NCBI GenBank assembly: GCA_964651835.1
Contig: CAZYYI010000001.1
Span: forward strand, 1 to 40,002
DNA: 40,002 nt
Source: an uncultured Lachnospiraceae bacterium
GTDB taxonomy: Bacteria > Bacillota > Clostridia > Christensenellales > UBA1242
Direction of reading: 5' to 3'
Shown: positions 35,107 to 40,002 of the stretch, piece after piece
Position numbering within the stretch: the first letter of the stretch is position 1
Layout of the letters: the number at the start of each line of letters is the position of its first letter
Program-made: the position numbers and the translations under genes
Notes under the pieces: generated by a model
The model's input: only the letters and a program-made list of their open reading frames with translations
Databases searched by the model: none
Told to the model about the DNA's origin: nothing

Positions 35107-36003
35107 ATGTGTCATAATTTAAACAAATTAAGTGATATTGAAAAAATTGCAAAGATTTGGCAAATTGAACTTAATATGGAATATTTAAAACCACAAAAAA
35201 ATGTTAGACTATCTTTTAAAGATATCGGTCCATTTTGTGAATACCTTGCAACTTCATTCTTGCCTGGATATGTTGGTGGCGGATCTGGAGGTATGGGCTT
35301 TGACTTAATGAACAAGACAGAAGGTAAAGCCTTTGAAGTTAAATCGTGTTGCACAATTCAAAATGCAAAATGTAAAAAATGTGGTGCTAAATTTAATGAC
35401 TTGTTTTATTCAGCTTGTCCTGATTGCAACAACTCCAAATACACTTCAGTTGGTGACAGCAGATTTAGCATTAATGCAAAAGAAACTTTAGATGAAATCA
35501 ATGAAGGCATTTTTGCTGGTTTTATATTTTGCCATGTATCCAAAATTAATCACGATGAAAATATTACAACTTTGACTATAAAAGCAGATTGGTACAAATT
35601 GCAATTCAATTCAGACATAAAAGATATTCAATTAGAGTACTTTAAAAACCAAGCAAGTAATGGCAGAAAGCAAACCTGTAATCTTTTGCCAAATAATTTT
35701 GATTTTTATAAATTATGTCCGGTAAAATTTTATGAAGCTTCAATTACGATTAATTATGGCAATTTAAATGAAACACCAATAATTAGTTCTAAAGAATGCT
35801 CAGAATATCCAAGAGTTCCAATTGATATTTTAAACAAAACTGAGCAAGAAAAGTTTATTAAACTAAAAACATTTAATGAAAAAGATAAGACCGCTGATTG
35901 CAGAGAATTTACGACCGTTATTCCATACAGAAAAAAGAGTTTAGGCAAAGAACGCGGAGATACAAGAACAAATTTACACAACAGAATAAAAAGACAGGGC
36001 TAA
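35107..36003 (+). CDS. candidate Type II restriction endonuclease (PD-ExK core with inserted zinc ribbon)
   Basis: 298 aa. GMGFDL-(x11)-AFEVKS fits a D..(D/E)xK nuclease motif. It is followed immediately by CKKC-(x11)-CPDC. The gene is convergent with, and 14 nt from, a DNA methyltransferase gene. Confidence 0.55.
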   Translation: MCHNLNKLSDIEKIAKIWQIELNMEYLKPQKNVRLSFKDIGPFCEYLATSFLPGYVGGGSGGMGFDLMNKTEGKAFEVKSCCTIQNAKCKKCGAKFNDLFYSACPDCNNSKYTSVGDSRFSINAKETLDEINEGIFAGFIFCHVSKINHDENITTLTIKADWYKLQFNSDIKDIQLEYFKNQASNGRKQTCNLLPNNFDFYKLCPVKFYEASITINYGNLNETPIISSKECSEYPRVPIDILNKTEQEKFIKLKTFNEKDKTADCREFTTVIPYRKKSLGKERGDTRTNLHNRIKRQG

Positions 36004-36019
36004 ACACCCTGCTTTTTTT
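35995..36019 (+). terminator. rho-independent terminator overlapping the endonuclease stop
   Basis: caggg-ctaaaca-ccctg, c, T7. Confidence 0.5.
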
Positions 36020-37100
36020 AAAAATTATTTTTATCCTTTTCACTTTTATACCATTCAATAGCTTTTTTGTAAAACTTAGAATCAAGTTCAATACCAATAA
36101 ATTTTCTTCCAAGTTGAAGGGCTGCTATGCCTGTTGAACCACTACCACACGCAAAGTCTAGAATATAGTCACCCTTGTTAGAAAAAATTTCAATCAATTC
36201 TTTGAGTAGTGCTATAGGTTTTTGTGTTGGATGAATATTATTATTATCTTTTTTATATTCAAATATATTTTTTACAATTTTTTGACCTTTAGGAATATTG
36301 AAAACCGTAGTATTTTCATCATCCCACATCTGCTTTAAATTTTCATATTGCATAAATCCCGGCATTCTATCAATATTATATTGCTCAATCAAAGCCTGAT
36401 AATTTGTTTCGGTTGGCACATAAAAAGTTCTATTATTGAATCTAAAACAATGGTCAAGGCCTTGACCTAAAGTTTCCATAATCTTTTTCTTTGATTCACC
36501 AATATATTCTAATAAATTTTTGAAATATTTTCTAATTTCAACAGAATTGCTTTCATCAAGGCTTTTTCTTATCAAAAGCATTTCCTCATAATAATTTAAT
36601 GGAGTCGTTTTTGCAGCAAAACCATTAGCATGATTGTTTTTTATCCAAATCATTTTATTAGATAAGGCATACTTTTGAAAAATATTTAGTTCATAATTCA
36701 ATTTGAAAGTCATAGGTTCTTGCGAAAAAAGAATTAAATTTGCGTTTGCTTTAGACATATTAAAACAACAATCAAGCATTGAAGGTATATCAATTGGCGA
36801 ATCCCAATTAGGCACACTGCCTTTGTTTTTCCAACCTTCGATTTCTAAACCTTGAACCGTTCCATAAGGAATATCAGTTATTATATGGTCAACATTTACA
36901 CCTAAATCAGCCAAAGCATTCATTGTACTTATGCAATCCGCATTTATTAAAGTAAAATCATTATCAATATAAAAATCTTTAATTATTTTATTTTCTTTTA
37001 GTTTTTGTAATAAAGAATATGATAATTCACCGTGTTTCCTATTAAAATTTGTTTTAGCTTTTACTTGTTTGTTATGAGCCTTAATTTCATCCTTTAGCAT
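36018..37100 (-). CDS. beta-class N6-adenine/N4-cytosine DNA methyltransferase (N6_N4_Mtase family)
   Basis: 360 aa. Motif IV variant ITDIPYG near the N-terminus. C-terminal HPTQKPIALLKELIEIFSNKGDYILDFACGSGSTGIAALQLGRKFIGIE (motif I FxGxG). The IV-then-I order indicates beta class. Confidence 0.85.
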   Translation of the reverse strand: MLKDEIKAHNKQVKAKTNFNRKHGELSYSLLQKLKENKIIKDFYIDNDFTLINADCISTMNALADLGVNVDHIITDIPYGTVQGLEIEGWKNKGSVPNWDSPIDIPSMLDCCFNMSKANANLILFSQEPMTFKLNYELNIFQKYALSNKMIWIKNNHANGFAAKTTPLNYYEEMLLIRKSLDESNSVEIRKYFKNLLEYIGESKKKIMETLGQGLDHCFRFNNRTFYVPTETNYQALIEQYNIDRMPGFMQYENLKQMWDDENTTVFNIPKGQKIVKNIFEYKKDNNNIHPTQKPIALLKELIEIFSNKGDYILDFACGSGSTGIAALQLGRKFIGIELDSKFYKKAIEWYKSEKDKNNF

Positions 37101-37119
37101 AAAACCTCCATCAAGTTTT

Positions 37120-37147
37120 ATTATAACATATAAATACTATTTAGTAA
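37120..37147 (-). promoter_or_regulatory. promoter of the methyltransferase gene (extended -10)
   Basis: Minus strand: TTACTA (37142-47), 16-nt spacer, TGtTATAAT (TATAAT = 37120-25). GGAGG RBS 37105-09. Confidence 0.5.
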
Positions 37148-37152
37148 AATAT

Positions 37153-37186
37153 TTAAAAAAAACTTTTGTCAAAAATGACAAAAGTG
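37153..37186 (-). terminator. rho-independent terminator after tRNA-Arg(CCU)
   Basis: acttttgtca-aaaa-tgacaaaagt (10 bp) followed by T8 on the minus strand. Confidence 0.7.
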
Positions 37187-37196
37187 AAAATAAATG

Positions 37197-37271
37197 TGGT
37201 GACCCCACCAGGACTCGAACCTGGAACTAAAACTTAGGAGGTTTTTGTAATATCCCTTTTACTATGAGGTC
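37197..37271 (-). tRNA. tRNA-Arg (anticodon CCT)
   Basis: Reverse complement folds as acceptor GACCTCA/TGGGGTC, D-stem GTAA/TTAC, anticodon stem AAAAC/GTTTT with loop CTCCTAA (anticodon at 37236-38), T-arm CCAGG-TTCGAGT-CCTGG, A73, encoded CCA. 75 nt. Confidence 0.8.
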
Positions 37272-37479
37272 ATATTATTAAATTATTAGTTATTTTGTAA
37301 TTTTTAATAATATTAATTAATAATTTTACATTTTAAGTATTTTTTCTATTATTTTTATCTATTACTTTAAATCATCATCAATATTATTTAACAAGCAAAA
37401 ATATATCACATTAATTACTTAAAGTCAAGAAGAGTAAACTGCATAATTTGAAATCATTTATATCATTTAGTTTTGCATT

Positions 37480-39513
37480 CTACTCTTCTTTAACTTGAAG
37501 TAGATTTAATTTATTTTCAATTTTTTCAAGTTTTTCACTGAGTTCAAGCCACTCGTCTTCCATTTCTGAAACCCCATTTGAAAGAGTTTCCTTCTCTGCC
37601 TCAATTTCCATAAGCTTTTTAAAATCACTAGCAATTTCTGGGTTAACAAATTCTGCATCTAGCTCAGCAATTCTTTTTTCGGCATCTTGTGTTTTTTCAG
37701 AAATCTTATCTAATCTATTTTGAATTCTGCCCTTTTCCTTTGAAAGTTCATAATATGATTTGCCAGCAAATTCATCCTCTGGAACATTATTTTCATCAAA
37801 ATCTACTGGGTACTCAATTTTTTCAGGTTTATTTTCAGTATTTTCTTGTATTTTTGCGGATTTTTTATTATTTAGTTTTAAATTTTCTTCAAACTCAAAA
37901 GGTGACTTGCCTATGCTATACAAATACTGATGATAAGTGCCGTCAAAAATTTCCGCACTTCCGTTTTTGAAAATTAAAAGTTTGGTTGCAAGCTTATTAA
38001 TAAAATATCTATCGTGAGAAACAAAAATTACTGTGCCACCATAACCAAGTAGCAGATTTTCAAGAGTTTCTTTGCCTCTAATATCCATATGATTAGTTGG
38101 CTCATCAAGTAAAAGTACATTTGGGCGTTTTTCAAGCAAACTGCAAAGTTCAAACCTTACGATCTCACCACCCGAAAGTGAGCTGAGTGGTTTAATGACA
38201 TCTTCGCCCGTAAACAAAAATGCACCAAGCGAACTACGAACCTCATTTCCACTAAGGTCAGGAAACTTTTTTTGGTAGCTTTCAAAAATACTATTATTAT
38301 CATTAAACTTGCTAACAATTTGCTTAAAATATCCAACCTCTGTGTTATAACCAAATTTGAAGTTGCCAGATAGTGCTGCTATATTTTCTGCCAGCGTTTC
38401 AAGGAGGGTTGATTTGCCAAGTCCGTTGCCACCAAGAATTGCAAGTCTATCACCACGATGAACTTTAAAGTTTAAAGTTGCAAGCGGATTATCTTTACTA
38501 TAACCAATTTTTAAATTTGTAACAGCAAGCGCCTCACTGCCCGACTGAATATTAGGTCTAAACTTACTTTTGAAAGCTTTGGTCTCTGGTTTTTCTGGCT
38601 TTGGGATAATATCTAATTTTTCTAGAAACTTAATCCTTGACTGCACCGCCGCAGCTTTGGTTGCCTTGTATCTGAATCTTTCAATAAACTCTTTTATATC
38701 AGCAATCTCGCGTTGTTGAGCCTCATAGGCTTTGAGCTGAGATTCATAGTTTTGCGTTTTGGTTTGCACAAACTTTGAATAATTGCCAACATATCTTGTG
38801 AGTTTACTATGCTCAATTTCATAAATAATATTTGCGGTGTTATCTAAAAACTCTCTATCGTGTGAAACCATTACCACAGCATTTTCATAAGACCTAATAA
38901 AATTTTCCAGCCAAGACACTGCATTTATATCAAGGTGGTTGGTTGGCTCATCCAAAAGCAAAACATCTGGACGGCTAAGCACCAGCTTTATAAATGCCAG
39001 TTTGGTTTTTTGACCGCCGGAAAACTCGCATAATTTTTTATGCTTGTCTGCATCGCTAAAACCAAAACTACTGATAGCTGACGCAAGCTCTGCACGGTAA
39101 GTGTAACCACCAAGCCTTTCAAAATCTGCAAGCAGTCTTGAATACTCTGCCACAAGCTTGTCACTGCTGTCGGTTTCAAGCTTTTTTTGAATCCCTCCAA
39201 GTTTGTTTTCAACAGCCGTCACCTTACCGTAAGACTTTAATAGCTCGGCTTCCATAGTTTCATTTTCATCTTCAAAAGCCATTTGTTTGAGCGAGCCAAT
39301 TGTTGGACTACCAATTTTAACAAATACTAAAGGGGCATTGTCTGGCTGGTGAAGTTCAAGCTCACCACTAATTATTTTTAAAAGTGTGGTCTTTCCACTA
39401 CCGTTTCTGCCGATTATTGCAATTTTATCTTTGTTATTAACTTCAAAAGAAAAATTATGCAAAAGTTCCCTTTCACCAAACCCAAAATCCGCATTAGTTA
39501 TTTTTATTTGCAT
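37480..39513 (-). CDS. ABC-F family ATPase (two tandem ABC domains, C-terminal coiled coil)
   Basis: 677 aa, no TM domain. Walker A GRNGSGKTT and GGNGLGKST, signatures FSGGQKTKL and LSGGEIVRF, two LLLDEPTNH Walker B motifs. E/K-rich C-terminal helix. Confidence 0.88.
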   Translation of the reverse strand: MQIKITNADFGFGERELLHNFSFEVNNKDKIAIIGRNGSGKTTLLKIISGELELHQPDNAPLVFVKIGSPTIGSLKQMAFEDENETMEAELLKSYGKVTAVENKLGGIQKKLETDSSDKLVAEYSRLLADFERLGGYTYRAELASAISSFGFSDADKHKKLCEFSGGQKTKLAFIKLVLSRPDVLLLDEPTNHLDINAVSWLENFIRSYENAVVMVSHDREFLDNTANIIYEIEHSKLTRYVGNYSKFVQTKTQNYESQLKAYEAQQREIADIKEFIERFRYKATKAAAVQSRIKFLEKLDIIPKPEKPETKAFKSKFRPNIQSGSEALAVTNLKIGYSKDNPLATLNFKVHRGDRLAILGGNGLGKSTLLETLAENIAALSGNFKFGYNTEVGYFKQIVSKFNDNNSIFESYQKKFPDLSGNEVRSSLGAFLFTGEDVIKPLSSLSGGEIVRFELCSLLEKRPNVLLLDEPTNHMDIRGKETLENLLLGYGGTVIFVSHDRYFINKLATKLLIFKNGSAEIFDGTYHQYLYSIGKSPFEFEENLKLNNKKSAKIQENTENKPEKIEYPVDFDENNVPEDEFAGKSYYELSKEKGRIQNRLDKISEKTQDAEKRIAELDAEFVNPEIASDFKKLMEIEAEKETLSNGVSEMEDEWLELSEKLEKIENKLNLLQVKEE

Positions 39514-39533
39514 AATGTTTTCCTCACCTTGCT

Positions 39534-39562
39534 ATTGTAAACAAAACCCATTACTTTTGCAA
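39534..39562 (-). promoter_or_regulatory. promoter of the ABC-F gene
   Basis: Minus strand: TTGCAA (39557-62), 17-nt spacer, TACAAT (39534-39). GGTGAGGA RBS. Very short leader. Confidence 0.45.
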
Positions 39563-39616
39563 CAAAATTTTTTTGCAAAGAAGTATAAAGTTCAAACATC
39601 TATTATTAAAATCATT

Positions 39617-39644
39617 TTGAAGTAAAATAAAAGTTTGATATAAT
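39617..39644 (+). promoter_or_regulatory. promoter of tex
   Basis: TTGAAG (39617-22), 16-nt spacer, TATAAT (39639-44). Confidence 0.45.
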
Positions 39645-39703
39645 TAAGAGGCAGTCAGAATATTAAAGTGATTTTCTGGCAATAAACACAAAAGGAAGAT
39701 ATT

Positions 39704-40002
39704 ATGGAAATTTTTGAAGTACTAGCAAAAGAATTTAATATTAAAGAGGAATATTCTAAAAACCTTATCAATTTGCTTGATGAGGGTGCAACAATCCCTT
39801 TCATTGCAAGGTATAGAAAGGAAATGCACGGCAGTTTGGACGACCAAGTTATCAGACAATTTGCAGACAGACTGACCTATTTAAGAAACTTTGAAGATAG
39901 AAAAAAGACCATTGTTAAAACTATTGACGAACAAGGCAAACTTACTGACGAAATTGTTAAAAAACTTGACGCAGCAAAAACACTTACTGAACTTGAAGAT
40001 AT
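39704..40002 (+). CDS. tex: Tex-like transcription accessory protein (S1-domain protein YhgF), 5' partial at window end
   Basis: Not in the ORF track because there is no stop in the window. ATG at 39704 after AAAGGAAG. The translation LLDEGATIPFIARYRKEMHGSLDD...EQGKLTDEI...LTELEDI is collinear with the Tex N-terminus as I remember it from E. coli. Confidence 0.85.
   Translation, partial: MEIFEVLAKEFNIKEEYSKNLINLLDEGATIPFIARYRKEMHGSLDDQVIRQFADRLTYLRNFEDRKKTIVKTIDEQGKLTDEIVKKLDAAKTLTELED

Noticed and set aside
35898-36137. ORFs 35898..36137 (+) and 35918..36112 (-) spanning the junction of the R-M genes, considered as a possible controller (C) protein.
   Set aside because: They overlap the 3' ends of both well-supported genes and the terminator, and have no RBS or helix-turn-helix-like sequence.
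37480-39513. ABC-F protein as an antibiotic-resistance (ARE) ribosomal-protection factor.
   Set aside because: The predicted promoter leaves almost no leader, so there is no attenuator or leader peptide of the kind usual for inducible ARE genes. The inter-domain linker cannot be classified by eye. Housekeeping ABC-F is the safer call.
1-40002. Alternative genetic code (UGA=Trp, Mollicutes-like), considered because of the very low GC.
   Set aside because: Long ORFs with intact conserved motifs are obtained with the standard code. Trp is encoded normally and a sporulation germinant receptor is present.

Overview
AT-rich chromosomal segment that looks like a low-GC, endospore-forming Firmicute (Clostridia-like). 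This rests on a gerA-type germinant-receptor operon, strong GGAGG-type ribosome-binding sites (RBS) and recurrent TGnTATAAT extended -10 promoters. I call 39 protein genes, 1 frameshifted gene, 3 tRNAs, and a set of rho-independent terminators and promoters. No integrase, transposase, CRISPR array or rRNA is visible. Core functions include gpmI, a nucleoside hydrolase, dCMP deaminase, an M18 aminopeptidase, ldh, dut, an ABC-F ATPase, tex (partial at the window end) and the gerA/B/C-like operon. Accessory or unusual content: (i) a chromosomal three-gene cassette built around a ParM/Alp-type actin-like ATPase with two unrecognisable partners (25.6-28.0 kb), with an AT palindrome and phased T-tract/TGCA iterons upstream. 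(ii) A tRNA-Ser to tRNA-Arg(CCU) bounded accessory stretch (29.1-37.3 kb). It carries a Vat-type streptogramin acetyltransferase, a MazG-like NTP pyrophosphohydrolase, a cytidylyltransferase-like gene, a five-gene operon of small phosphohydrolases ending in a frameshifted PTPS/QueD-like gene, and a convergent Type II restriction-modification (R-M) pair whose nuclease has a PD-ExK core with an inserted zinc ribbon. (iii) A 24-nt duplication of the tRNA-Arg(UCG) 3' end with GC-rich tRNA-like debris. (iv) Three tandem ~128-nt imperfect palindromic repeat units. (v) An orphan phage tail-fibre/XkdW-like pair. (vi) An ABC exporter-like protein with every ATPase motif degenerated. All functional calls come from motif recognition by eye; no database search was run.
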